Positions 1 through 11,740 are shown, numbered from the whole stretch's first letter. The stretch: DNA of 63,919 nucleotides, filler included, from Salisapilia sapeloensis CBS 127946 (GCA_023334545.1; 11 parts of 11 records of this genome joined end to end with filler, not necessarily neighbours in it), one strand, 5' to 3'. Program-made: numbers and translations. The notes: a model not told the origin generated them from the letters alone.

Positions 1-348
1 CTATTGATCTTCAGGACGTATATTGAAGTTGAACCTTGAAGTAAGCGTGAAGGTCAATGGACATCTAGAAAATTAGTAACTTTCTAGTCGTGAATATATA
101 TGTTTTCATTCGAGAACTTGCATTCTATTCAAGAAGCCTAGCAGTTTTATTACTTTCTTTCAGGCTTGGACTGGGACCAAGACCCCAGTCCGGCCCTGAG
201 CTACGACCCCGGGTGTGCTTGCTTCAAGTAGATCTGGATGCGATGTTGCTGCCGCGCGACATCGGGTGTAGCTAGATGACTAAACTAATCCATTCATTCA
301 TTCAATGAAGTTTGGAAATCGACAGAATATATACATATCACTTGTTTT

Positions 349-786
349 TTGTATTATTTTACAAAGATCAAGTTATTTATAATGATGCAGCTTGGAATGA
401 TTCATGACTATCAACAGAATAGATCCAGTGTTGGATTTGAAGAGTATACGATGCATGCTGCCGGTATCAAGCGCACGAGAAATGACATCACGCTAGAGAA
501 ATACGAGGTTGATGGGAAGGAATATGTGAACGCGAAAGATGTTATGAGCGCCTCGAAGAGCAATGGAAACGGCTACTGCAAGGGAATCAGATCTGTTAAG
601 GAGCTAATCAGGCGAAAGGGCTACCAAGACTACATCTATGGGCGCATGGTTGATGGAAACTTGAAATGGCTGATATCCCTCCCCGCAGGTATAAAAGTAC
701 CTACATTTGCAACGAAGAGGTGTGCGACGGTCCTCTTGTATTATGCATTAATTGGAAAGGATGAGAACCAACTTCTTCGAACGTAA
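349..786 (+). pseudogene. Giant-virus (NCLDV)-like gene fragment, probably frameshifted near 658-660
   Basis: KYEVDGKEYVNAKDV..YCKGIRSVKELIRRKGYQDYIYGRMVDG resembles, from recall, a motif in Mimiviridae-like and oomycete virus-derived proteins. Restoring one base after GATGGA gives KLEMADIPPRRYKSTYICNEEV, which fits the rest of that motif better than the given frame. AT-rich, no introns. Confidence 0.4.
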
Positions 787-2219
787 TGTTGGGTAGTGGT
801 TAAAAGTCATCTCCAAGGAGCTCGAGATGCATATTTAGTTTGTCCGTCCGTTCCTGTAGCGAGTACTTTTGAACGACACCACTCCCACGATCGACGCGAT
901 GGATGTAGTGCACATCTCCGATACCTTTATTCGGTAATGCTTGCAGTTCCGTTGACATTTGGTCACCCATGAGCCAATAGTGAGTGTCTAGTCCAGTGTC
1001 ATTACGTAGGACACACGGAGCCAAGCTCTTCTCGTCGTTCATAGAAGACAAAAGAGATCAATGAGGAAATGTGTGGAATATATCATGTCGACGCTTCCAT
1101 GCGCCACCTGCAGACGCCCCAGCTTTCATCATTTGATGCGTGATGATCATATCCAACGGTTGCTTCGCAGTTAGAAAGATATGCAGTTCATTATCAGAAG
1201 CATCAAACAAGTCATGCTGCTGTGTCTCGGACTTCATCATCCCTTCTACAGAAACTTCGAGTGTCCATTCTGAATACATGGGATGTCACTTGCGCGTGTC
1301 GGAACTATAGTACGAGATGATCGTCGTCAGCGCTCCATCGCCAGAGATAGATGCACGCCCTTCGGCAAACGTGACTGTGAAGTTTAAAAAGAAATTATCA
1401 CGTGTCATTTCGAGCTGGGCTAGTCCCATGTCACATCCGCCGCAGTCGTTGGTCATAGTCAACATCATCGACTCGACCTCGCACGTAAATTATCGATGTT
1501 GCTCCATCGGAGCGTCCATCACCTCTGGCAAAGACAATCGATCCTTGATCATTCGAGTGCGAGTCGATGAATTGGAAGGTTCGTGATGCCGACGCTGGCA
1601 TTTCAGCACACTTGCCTGTTGCTTCATACTTTCATACTTGTGTATACTACTCCTCAAGTCCTGCATAGTGTCTGTCATCGTGCACACATCTTGGTAGGAC
1701 ATGTACACTTCGATCGGACTAAATTCAAGCGCGACGATCTGTTTTCGTTGTCCTACATTCGGAAACAAGTCGATCACGTCCACATCCAAGCCACACGGTC
1801 CAAGGATCTGGATCTTGGCTTCCGCGCTTCCCTTCGGACCGGCTGAACGACTAACGCTTTGTAAATACACTTGGATACCTTTTGCGTATGCTACAAGACT
1901 GCTTGGAGCGTCCAAGTCTGTCGTGGTAGCTTTCGATCGTCCACGCTTGGACTCGGGATTGACCGTTCCTCAGAGGGTACAATCAGCACCAAGCACGATC
2001 GGAGGGCTGGTACCACAGTACGCTTCTTGTGGCTATGCAACAGACATGCATTTCGCAGCAATAGAAATGGCGAGTACAAACTCTGGTCTGTCTGCATCTT
2101 GGTGATGTTTTTCGGATTGCAATTTGCTGCGATACCCAAAAGATCTTCCGAGTCCTCCAACTCCATCTGCATCGAAGTGTTCTGATCAGTGGATTTACGA
2201 GGAAGCATGAAAAAGTCAA
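720..2219 (-). pseudogene. VPS13: VPS13-like pseudogene fragment, runs off the contig end
   Basis: One frame from 1915 to about 720 is broken by four in-frame stops (TAA 1490-92, TGA 1286-88, TGA 1058-60, TAA 800-02), with a frame change near 1891-1915. Read through, it gives ISYYSSDTRK*HPMYSEWTLEV, APCVLRNDTG and GDDF*PLPNITFEEVGSHPFQL, which match VPS13 adaptor-binding repeat patterns. Confidence 0.6.
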
Positions 2220-2319
2220 NNNNNNNNNNNNNNNNNNNNNNNNNNNNNNNNNNNNNNNNNNNNTTAATTAATTAANNNNNNNNNNNNNNNNNNNNNNNNN
2301 NNNNNNNNNNNNNNNNNNN
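2220..2319. other. Artificial contig spacer
   Basis: 44 N + TTAATTAATTAA (stops in all six frames) + 44 N. Confidence 0.98.
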
Positions 2320-2692
2320 CGCTGCAGAGGTGTTCATTGCGAACAGTGTCGATGAGAGCAGTGAGCGATAAAGCTGAGAGGAGGTGGATGTGTTCGGGGA
2401 AGCCTATTCAAGAGTGAGCTGAGTGATTGAAGGCGAAGCAGGCCGAGAGACCTCCCGATTTACCAACGACTTCTGACCGTACTACATTCTTAGCCATCTA
2501 CCGACAGCGAGGACGATGGAGAAAGCAGAAAGCAGTGACTGCACGATGTGAAAATCTTATCAATAGAACCCTATATAGCTCTAAGATGAATGAGATTGCG
2601 CAGTGGGGTTATGAGTAGCAGTTGCTGCTATCTATATGCTTGGCCGTTTCAATTTCATGCAAAGTTTAGTTCAGTGACTTGGATGAATAAAT

Positions 2693-5050
2693 ATGAATAC
2701 CTTACACGTTGGTTTACGCGTGGAAGTTTATTGGGAAGATGAAGAGGAGTGGTTCGCTGGTGTAGTTTCAGATATCGATCCAGAGCAAGGGTGGTTCGTG
2801 GTTTATGACGATGGAGATGAAAGGTGGGAGGAGAAGCAGGAACTTATTCGTGTCGAAGAGACATCTGAAACATCACCGGACTACCACGAAGTACGTGGTG
2901 AGCTAAATACTCCAGCCGTAGAAGTAAGCGTCTCTCCAAATATCGAAACTACCATTAAACCTAGTAATACAATTCCGGGCGATGGCGATCTACAAGTGCA
3001 ATCGGACCTTCCATTAAATTCAGACATGCCAACAACTATCTGTGTATCTGAGCAAAGAAGAAGGTTGTCATCAAACAGCAATCATAGTTCACCAGAGGAA
3101 ACGCATGAGCACAACTCAGACCCAGGCAAATGTTCGGAAAGAAATGCGGTCGAAGAGAATAGTGACAAGCTTATTCCGAAAGATGAAATCAGTACTGGCA
3201 TGGAGCGTTTTGATATACCAAAGCAGTCCGTGAACGATGAAGTGTCAAAAACTTGGTTAGAGGATGGTACATATTCGGCTCGACCCAGATGTCCAATGGA
3301 AGTTCTACTCTCAGGCCTCGTTTTATGCATACCTAATTTTCGGTCGGAGCCTGAAGCTAGCGCGGGAAAGTCTGTTGGGAATTTCGTGCGAATATCTTTT
3401 GTTGATGACGATAATGATACACTTGGTTACCAAAATCCAATGCTACGTTGTAAGACAGTCCTGGAAACTACATCTATCAAAGAAGCAACGACTATGGTAA
3501 CTTGGAATGATAGTGAAGCCATTTGTGGATCTGAGCAATGTGATGAAAATGAGACTCTTGATGGTGCCTTTCAACTACTGTTAAAGTCTTCTAGGCAAGG
3601 ATCGTCGAAGCGGTTTGAAGTTACTGGAACACTTTACTTTACCTTGTACTCTTGTAGTCTTCCGTCTAATATCGGACTGGAAAACGCAAGTACGGTCAGC
3701 AAAAAATTTGTTGCAGAGGCGTCGTTGTCTCTACAACGAGTTGTCGATGCAATGATCGATGAAAAGGCAGAAGCAAAGTTGTGGGAACTGGACTTAATGT
3801 CGCGTGGTGGACATCTTATTGAATGTGGAGAAGGTAATACATACTCCAAACTGCACATTTGGTTGGATCTAGAGGCTCATTACGAGGAACCAACAGTAAA
3901 TCGACTAAGATCTTCGTACGTCCAAAGTATGCATGACATTGCTCAGACGCCCGCACATTGGACAGTCGGAGTTGTTCCAAGGCTACCGCTTCGAGGTTAC
4001 TATACACAGTCGATTCCATCCAACAGGAGGGGAACAAATCAACTTGGCCATGACTCGAGAGAAACCACACCGAGAACTGGACGAAGAGACGGATCGAGAG
4101 GTAGAGTTCGCAACGTCAATCCAGCGGTACCTCGTGGCTGCAAGCCACCACGTTATACACATGAAGCATCTGCAACGATCAATCGTCGAAGATTCCACCA
4201 GCGCATCGCTAATGAGAACAAAACAAAAGGCCAAACGCTTTGTGACATTGCCCAAACAGTCAAGAAGATAAATAAATCGACGATGCATGATGATAAAGAG
4301 CATGAGAGAGATCGAAGAGAGCGCATACATCAGGAAAAGGACTACATTATGCAAAAAGCTCAAGCAGAGTATCAACGTAGAGGAGAATTGGCGGATAAAA
4401 TTGAGCTGCTAGAACGTGATATTGGGGATGTAAAGGAACAAGTAGTGCTAGCTCGAAATAAGGCCAAGAGGCTTGACATCGTCATAAGTAAGGACCAGTA
4501 TGTGTTAGATTGCTTCCATGCTAGCCAGCATGATAACAAGGAAAAAATGAACACAACTAATACAGAAGTGAATGAAAACGTGGAACACCTTCGAGAAGAA
4601 GTGAGCATCTTGGCATCAAGACTAAAAAAGGCGCAGAGAATACAAGGTTTCCGACACCAACTAACAAGTGGTAGCAAGCTTCGTAATGCTTCTGCCGAGG
4701 CGAGAATGCAAAGTCGTAAAGCCAGTTTGTCTCTATCGCAAGACGAAGAAGAACTGTGGGATTTGTATCAAGCTCAAAAACAGATCGGACGTCTACAAGC
4801 TAACATACGTACTCTTCAAAATATACATCTAAAGCATCAATCGAAATTGAATGCCAACGAAAGTAAACATTCAGGACGTCTTAAGATAGAAGCTCAGTTG
4901 TATCGGACGGAACTATGCCAGTTGCAGGAAGAACTTCGTCAGTACGAGCAATTACCCTCTGATCTCACTTCTGAGACTGAAAACCAACTTCAAGCAAAAC
5001 TTGATGGCTTGCACGAGCTGGTGTACCTCTGTCGTTCTTACACAAATTGA
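2693..5050 (+). CDS. Tudor-domain protein with central C2-like region and C-terminal coiled coil, 785 aa
   Basis: N-terminal VGLRVEVYWEDEEEWFAGVVSDIDPEQGWFVVYDDGDERW is a Tudor aromatic-cage pattern. RISFV..CKTVLET..VTWND is C2-like. Long heptad-rich C-terminus. Single-exon ORF. Confidence 0.75.
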   Translation: MNTLHVGLRVEVYWEDEEEWFAGVVSDIDPEQGWFVVYDDGDERWEEKQELIRVEETSETSPDYHEVRGELNTPAVEVSVSPNIETTIKPSNTIPGDGDLQVQSDLPLNSDMPTTICVSEQRRRLSSNSNHSSPEETHEHNSDPGKCSERNAVEENSDKLIPKDEISTGMERFDIPKQSVNDEVSKTWLEDGTYSARPRCPMEVLLSGLVLCIPNFRSEPEASAGKSVGNFVRISFVDDDNDTLGYQNPMLRCKTVLETTSIKEATTMVTWNDSEAICGSEQCDENETLDGAFQLLLKSSRQGSSKRFEVTGTLYFTLYSCSLPSNIGLENASTVSKKFVAEASLSLQRVVDAMIDEKAEAKLWELDLMSRGGHLIECGEGNTYSKLHIWLDLEAHYEEPTVNRLRSSYVQSMHDIAQTPAHWTVGVVPRLPLRGYYTQSIPSNRRGTNQLGHDSRETTPRTGRRDGSRGRVRNVNPAVPRGCKPPRYTHEASATINRRRFHQRIANENKTKGQTLCDIAQTVKKINKSTMHDDKEHERDRRERIHQEKDYIMQKAQAEYQRRGELADKIELLERDIGDVKEQVVLARNKAKRLDIVISKDQYVLDCFHASQHDNKEKMNTTNTEVNENVEHLREEVSILASRLKKAQRIQGFRHQLTSGSKLRNASAEARMQSRKASLSLSQDEEELWDLYQAQKQIGRLQANIRTLQNIHLKHQSKLNANESKHSGRLKIEAQLYRTELCQLQEELRQYEQLPSDLTSETENQLQAKLDGLHELVYLCRSYTN

Positions 5051-5969
5051 ATTTTTCCGTTAGGTTTGTCCAGACACCGAAAGCAGTATTGTCGAAGTGC
5101 TCATATAAGACAATAATGGCAAACTCAAAAGATCGTATTTGTGTGAATGATCTTTTCCAATGCCCAAAGCTGTAGCATGTCTCATTCCTGTGTGGCTTCT
5201 GAAGGATGATTGTGTCGCTAGTTGACCTACACGTCTGCAGTAGATTCAAGTCAGTCATTCTGCTATAAAATATGTTTCAAGCTTGCATGTTTAGTATACT
5301 TGTAGCAGCCCAATTTCGTTTGTGTACTAGGAGGGAAAGTAATAGATGACCATACTCATGATCACAGGATCTGCTATAATGGTAATTCCAGAGTAGACAT
5401 AAATATTCACGTATATAAAAATGTATTTGCATTAGGATCAAAGTCGCCAAGATGAAGCACGGGGTAATATTTGAAACGAAGCTACCGGTAACGTATTTCT
5501 GCTACATCGAACAGAAAGCGTAAGGTCGCAGAAGCATAGCATACACATATCCACGATCACATTGCTCTAGTATGCATGTACAAACTTTATAGGAAAGTAT
5601 CGTTCCCTCTCCACTGTCACTTGCTCTTGCTCACTCCGAGCTCTAGGTGCGCATTCCTGACATAAGAGTTTAATATGCACGGATGAAGCTTAACAAGCAA
5701 TCAAAGTTGAAAAACAGCATTCTATTTGATACAAATAGGTACGCTCAAGTTAAGCACAATTGACCATTAAGCATCATCGAAGTTCAAGCTACACATTCAC
5801 CATGTACTCACTTTTGCTGACCAGCGCTAGTCACCGACTTCGCCCCAACTTCAAGCAGGTGTACCATCCATACGACCCTGTACCACATCGGTTCCGCTCG
5901 TGAACAACTTGTTTTTTGTATGGAATATCCTCCACCACCACGCAAAATTCGCTGAGGACGTTGCGAAGG

Positions 5970-7352
5970 ATGGCATCCGCTAGACGATCTTCGCCCGCCA
6001 CTGGCGCTAATGTGCCTTCCTCCAAGGCAGTCATCCTGCTGGGAGGCGCCAACCAGCAGGGAAATCACTTTCGGCCGCTGTCACTCGACCTTCCAAAGCC
6101 TCTCTTCCCCATCGCCGGTCGCGAGATGCTATATTTTCATGTCGAAGCCTGTGCTCGTGTGCCGAATCTGCAAGAGATCATCATGATCGGGTCATATGAT
6201 GAAGGCCTTTTCACACGCTTCTTTGATGCAATGACAAAGCAATTCAACGTCCATATTCGATACTTGCGGGAAGAGAAGCCGTTAGGTACTGCTGGCGGAT
6301 TGCGATGTTTCCACGATGAAATCACTTCTGGTGACGTGAAGAGTATCTTTGTCATGCACTGTGATATCTGTTGTTCGTTCCCATTAACCGAGATGATGCA
6401 CGCTCACTTGCGCCATAAGGGTAGCTGCACGGTCTTGGGTAAACGAGTCTTCCATGATGAGGCGAAAAAGTATGGTTGTCTCGTAGCTGATTCAGAGACG
6501 AAGGAGATTCTCCATTGGGCCGAGAAGCCAGAGACGTTTGTTAGTGATATTATCAACTGCGGCATCTACCTATTTGACGTTCCGGTGCTCGATACGCTCG
6601 TATCTGTCGGTGATAAGATCAGTCGCCAACGACTTCGGAGTGAATCGAGTGTCGATCCGAGCACCGAGTACGATCTGAAGAAGCTGTTTCCTGAATTTAG
6701 CAACCTGAATAATTTAAGGTACGTCCATCCAGTAAAACTTGCTTCCTGTAGATATACTAATAGCTAGAGTAGATTGGAACAGGACGTGTTGCTCCCACTG
6801 GCTGGTCAGAAGAAGCTGTTCTTATTCCAGACGGGAGACTTTTGGTGTCAGATCAAGACGCCTGGCATGGCCATCACGTGCTCTGAGATCTACATGCAAC
6901 GCTTTCGGTACACGAACCCCACGGCGTTGAGCTACAATGGTGGGAAGAATGCACCTCAGATCGAAGGCAACGTCGTCGTGGACCCGAGTGCCCAAGTCCA
7001 CCCGACAGCCAAGCTCGGACCGAACGTCACGGTCGGTGCAGGCGTCACGATCGGTCCTGGCGTCCGCGTCGCCCACTCTATCATCCTCGAAGGCGTCACG
7101 ATCAAAGACCGTGCGTGCGTCCTCTTCAGTCTCATCGGCTGGAACTCGACGATCGGGCAGTGGGCCCGTGTAGAAGGCCAACCGCCCAATGCTGCTCAAA
7201 TTAATGTGAACGTCGCGGAAGCTGCTCGAGTGCGTGACGTGACGATCTTTGGTGTGTCTGTGGTTGCAAATCCGGAGATTATCATTCGCAACTGCGTTGT
7301 GCTTAGTCACAAGACGTTGACACAAAGTTATCATGAAGAGATCTTGCTGTAG
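5970..7352 (+). CDS. GMPPA: Mannose-1-phosphate guanyltransferase alpha-type subunit, one intron (6719-6772)
   Basis: KAVILLGG..FRPLSLDLPKPLFPIAG, EKPLGTAGGL and FWCQIKTPG, followed by hexapeptide left-handed beta-helix repeats. A 54-bp GT-AG intron joins the two ORFs in frame (LR|LEQD). Confidence 0.92.
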
Positions 7353-7418
7353 GAAAGGAGAGACTCGAGTATGACGAACAGGTCTGGGAATAAAATGGAG
7401 ATACGTTTTTCTTTTGCA

Positions 7419-8315
7419 TCACAAGAGACGTTGGATTGATTGCCAATCATCACATGTGAAGAGTAGGCGTTTCTGTCTGTTTTTGGCTTGATGAGATAGA
7501 GATAAACTATCTTCAAAGGACTGGAGAGGATGGAGATCGATCTTGAATGCTGTGCAGATTGAATCTAGAGAGGAGATGCAGACACCAATGTCTGCTTCCA
7601 AAAGAGCTAGAAGGTCATTGGTACTGTCGCCTACGTAAATGGTGTAGCCGCCGTTGGACTGTATGTGGCGAATATGTGCTGCTTTATCTGCTGGAGACTG
7701 AACCTGCAGTCTCATAGCTCCCGTTGTCCTGTATCTGTCGTCCAAAAGCAGTTCTATAGTGAAAAAGGATTAGTATATGGATAAGAGAGCGATCCTTGTG
7801 TCTCTACCATTGCCAATGACTTGCGTGTTCTTGGTAAATGCATTCATGGCGGATTGGACCATGACTGAGCTCCAGTTGGAAGTAATGACATAGCTCTCTG
7901 TAGCTTTCTGAAAGGCTTCTCGACATCCTTTCCGAATGTTAATGGAATTTGATTGAGCTTGCAAATCTGCGAATGGTATCCCAGCGAGTATCTTGGATGC
8001 TTCGACACGTTTTATCGAATTAAAGTCAACTTGTGAGTATGCAGCCAAGTACGATTGCAATCCTTTCGAATCGAAATGAGGATCCTGACTGTTGGTTGCA
8101 AAGGTGGACGCTGGACGAAAAGTCTTAAAGTGATCTAATTCGGATGTAAATTGCTCGATCAAGTGATGGGCAGAAGCTTTATGAGCTTCCTTTTCTTGTA
8201 TGCTAGGCTGCTGAGCTTCAGCTGCTTGAAAAAGCAATTGTAACGTGTCTTTAATCGTAATCGTTTGATCAAAGTCGGCACATAATACGCGTCGAGTAGT
8301 CGACATGGGTGTCAT
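7419..8315 (-). CDS. HAD-superfamily phosphatase (similar to thiamine-monophosphate phosphatase HAD domains), intron 7754-7807
   Basis: HAD motif I ADFDQTIT and motif IV YVGDSTNDLLALLEADIG. The 54-bp intron gives GN|ELLLDD..TTG in frame. Confidence 0.8.
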
Positions 8316-8456
8316 CCGCTCCTTTTGGTGCTTGGTGTGCTGAAAAATCGCCTCTTATTCGTATTCGCCAATACAATTATCGGAACCAATATTTTCCACG
8401 AATCAAACGATACGAAGCTCTGATACACAAAGACACCAAATACGACTTGAATAAAC

Positions 8457-9627
8457 ATGAGCGAAACAATTGGGCAGATCAAGCAGCGTCACAAGCTAGA
8501 ACTTCGAGTATGTTGGCGACTTAGACCTTTTTTCTACCTGCATATTATCATCAGGTACCTATGAAGGTGTATGACTGGAAATACTCATGCAATAGTCGAT
8601 AGACGCTTCAAAATGATGTCAAGGCATTTCAAAAGAAAGCCAAAAAGGAGCGAATGGATAAGAAGGAGATTGAATTGCAGTCGAATAAAATGATGGAAGA
8701 CGTCAAGAACCGTCAGGAAAGCGAACTTGCAGAAGCTCAAGTAGATATGCCTATCATCTCGTGTCATAGCCTGTATAAATCATATTTATCGTAGGGAGAC
8801 GAACCAGAGACAGTAGAAGAAGATGATAGCGAGTCTTCGGAACACGCCTCCAAACCAGTAGAGCTCACGCGCCGTGGTGTGGAAAAAGTGTCCAAAGCCA
8901 TGCGTCGACGCGTACGGCGCATAACAGATCCATCACTTATCAATATCTAATCCCTTTATGCAGGAAAACAAGAAACGACAAGAGCGTGAGCGTCAGGAAC
9001 GTATCGATGAAGCCAACAAGGACATTGTCGATGAACGTCAAATCGAAGTGGATGCGATCCAAGCCAAGTTGCAGCCGATCGGACTCAAGATCAAAGAAGT
9101 GACTCCAGACGGTCACTGCATGTACCACGCAGTCGCCGACCAGCTACAGCAAAAGCACTACACCTTTGACCTTACCGACGTCTGTGTCCTTATCAGTTGC
9201 ATATCCATAATACATCATTAAGCAATGGAATAGGAGCCGCCATACAAACAGCTTCGTCGTCTCACAGGAGGCTACATGAAGAGCCATCCGGACGACTTTG
9301 CCCCCTTCCTCGCTCTCGATGACGACCCGACAAAAGATCCGACTGGTACATCCATCCTCTCCACCTCCCATCGGAGTATCATAACCTCTATCCTTAGACC
9401 TCTTCACGCAATACTGCGAACGAGTTATCGAGACATCCGATTGGGGTGGACAGCTCGAGCTCCGAGCTCTCGCTAATGCTCTCGAACGTCCGATCCAAGT
9501 GTTTTCGAATGACACTGGTATCGTGACGATGGGGGAAGAGTTTGAAAAAGATCGGCTGCACGTGACGTATCATCAGAATTACTATTCGTTAGGTGAACAC
9601 TACAACTCGGTGGAACCGATGGAATAA
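8457..9627 (+). CDS. OTUD6: OTU deubiquitinase, OTUD6/Otu2-like, about six exons
   Basis: Exon 1 MSETIGQIKQRHKLELR (8457-8507). Catalytic Cys loop DGHCMYHAVADQL, WGGQLELRAL and His loop LGEHYNSV. GT-AG introns restore the frame. Confidence 0.9.
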
Positions 9628-9673
9628 ATCAATTTCCGAAACACCTTTTTTTTAAATACACTCGGTGCATGGT

Positions 9674-11419
9674 CTACAAATACGGATCCACGAGACGTAG
9701 AGCACGTCGACTGTGTCCTGCTAGTGTCACGTCCTGATGATAGCTCAGCTGTCGTAGTCGCGAAAGTGCGACGCCTTGCAATGATGCTGTCGGACATACT
9801 TTTGCGAACGATCCAAGTGCTCGAGTACAGTCGCGTAGTAGATGCACAGAGTACATCGAGTCCTGCGTGGTCTCGATCGCATGCACGACGACCTTGATAG
9901 CTCTTTTTAAATGAATTTTAGCCTTCTGAACCATCTCTTCGTCTTTGAAGGACGGTACTGCCTCGGCGACGTTGGCGAGAGCAGCTACAGCACATTGTGC
10001 CATCTCGAGATCGTCTTCTTGGTCGGCAGAACCGACGAGAGACGTCATGAGGCCGTGCTGGACGACGAGCAACGCACTTGCAGTGTCGACTGTCAGTGCT
10101 GCGACACCGGCACAGCCTTCCCGCTGGGCATCTCTGTACTTACTGGTAAGCATGATCTTCATGGCGTCGAGACCAGACGTCGGTGCAGCATTCGCATCAA
10201 ACGCGTCTCGCCAGTGCTGATATGCATCATCGACTGAAAACGATTTGCTACCATTTGAAAGAATGGACGAACCTACAGCTACTTTTTTCTGTCGACCGCC
10301 ACTTTGAGGACATGCTGGCGCATTCAGATCGACACAAGTGGACAAAAGCTGACGGTAGAGGAGATGATAGAGTGCATCCCAGACGAGGACGTTGCCTCTT
10401 CGTCGCTGAAACTCGACGAGCGGACCTCGACCGGTAGCGTAGACGCGAATGACGAACTCTAGCTGGGAGTACTGGACGTTCTGAATACACTTGAATTTAC
10501 ACTTTTGCGGTCGAAGTTTGAACTGGACGTCGGACTCGATGAGGACTTTCGATAGACTGCGGACGACGGACGGTGTCGAGAGCTGGGAGAGACAATAGAA
10601 GTGGTACGGATCCACGGGATAAGGAGATCGAGGTAAGGACGGTGCAGAGATTTCCGAGGAATTGGAGGATGTATCTATGCTGTCTCGACAATGCATGGCT
10701 TGTCGACCAGCCAATGTCTCGCCTTCCATCTCTTCTTCCTGGAAGTAGGTAAAGTCTTCTTCGTCGTCTGAACTTACGGTTGCAAAGGAGCTGGAGGTGG
10801 TTCGAGATGTCGAATCCCACGACGCGTAGCGTTGGGATCGATGGAGTTGGAAGGGAGAGGTGGAGGAAAGAGATAGGTGAGGCGTGTCGATTGAATGGAG
10901 GCGTTGATGGAGCGCCGATGGGGCTCTGTGGGCCTTGAAGAGGTTGTCGCCGTCGTCGCTCGATGTATGAGGTCTCCGGCGTTTGACCGACATGGTGTGC
11001 TGCGTCGCGGAGCGTCGGAAGCTCGGTATAGCCGGCACGGTGGCTGGCATGGAAGCCCTTTTCGCCACGTCCGTGGAGCCTGCGGTTCGATGCCGATGCG
11101 TTCGACTGCCTCGGTCGTTCCGACCGGACTTTGGTGTTGGGTACACCGGAGCCGACCGTCGTACTGATTCGTGTGCGTTGTCCATGTTGTGCCGAAAGAT
11201 CCGAGTCGGAAACGCGTGTAGGCCGTGGCGGACGTAAAGTGAAGATGTTTCTGCCAAGCTGCCGAGGAACGTGATGGGAAGACGAATGCAGGCTGTTACG
11301 CACCTGCCTTCATTGGTAACAGACGTTTCAGCGAAGGTGCGCTGATTGGACGGTGGGAGCACATGTGAAAACGTACGTTCTACCAAGGGCGGAATGGACG
11401 AGAGCACTAAACCAGCCAT
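9674..11419 (-). CDS. Protein with low-complexity N-terminus, KA1-like domain and ARM repeats; start uncertain
   Basis: KCKFKC..EFVIRVY....LVEFQRRRG is KA1-like. MLTSKYRDAQREGCAGVAAL and AQCAVAALANVA are ARM-like helices. 581-aa ORF. Confidence 0.7.
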   Translation of the reverse strand: MAGLVLSSIPPLVERTFSHVLPPSNQRTFAETSVTNEGRCVTACIRLPITFLGSLAETSSLYVRHGLHAFPTRIFRHNMDNAHESVRRSAPVYPTPKSGRNDRGSRTHRHRTAGSTDVAKRASMPATVPAIPSFRRSATQHTMSVKRRRPHTSSDDGDNLFKAHRAPSALHQRLHSIDTPHLSLSSTSPFQLHRSQRYASWDSTSRTTSSSFATVSSDDEEDFTYFQEEEMEGETLAGRQAMHCRDSIDTSSNSSEISAPSLPRSPYPVDPYHFYCLSQLSTPSVVRSLSKVLIESDVQFKLRPQKCKFKCIQNVQYSQLEFVIRVYATGRGPLVEFQRRRGNVLVWDALYHLLYRQLLSTCVDLNAPACPQSGGRQKKVAVGSSILSNGSKSFSVDDAYQHWRDAFDANAAPTSGLDAMKIMLTSKYRDAQREGCAGVAALTVDTASALLVVQHGLMTSLVGSADQEDDLEMAQCAVAALANVAEAVPSFKDEEMVQKAKIHLKRAIKVVVHAIETTQDSMYSVHLLRDCTRALGSFAKVCPTASLQGVALSRLRQLSYHQDVTLAGHSRRALRLVDPYL

Positions 11420-11740
11420 TTCATGGCGGCGATATGATCTTTTGCTACAAGGACTTGCTCAAGATGGTCGCATCCAGTTGTCTCATACACGGTGTTTCTC
11501 ATTGATTGAAGCCATTTCGAATCGCTGGATACTCGATCTCGCGTCGATTGCAAGCATGCTCAGGGGTTCCATGTTCAAGCAGGCCAGGTCAGTCGATTCG
11601 ATACAGTGCCACATACTGCACTTGAGAGTTGCATAGCAAGGACATTTCGACAGAATTATGCGTTTTCGTAATGGATATAATTATGCATGCTGAAAACGCA
11701 TGTACACAATTAAACACGCTCCCTCGACTCGGTCGGCACG

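Noticed and set aside
168-191. 8-bp stem-loop GGACTGGG/CCCAGTCC as a Helitron 3' end
   Set aside because: No CTRR at the expected distance and no other element features.
800-1492. In-frame TGA/TAA in the VPS13-like frame as stop-codon reassignment or readthrough
   Set aside because: TGA, TAA and TAG all end conserved genes in this window, and the stops fall at different expected residues. Pseudogenisation is simpler.
2264-2275. TTAATTAATTAA recurring ten times as a biological repeat or regulatory element
   Set aside because: Always centred in 44 N + 12 + 44 N. It is a synthetic all-frame-stop linker.
5060-5870. Possible intron-rich minus-strand gene upstream of GMPPA
   Set aside because: Several short GT-AG-bounded segments and a signal-like MWYRVVWMVHLL start exist, but I could not build a phase-consistent model or recognise a family.
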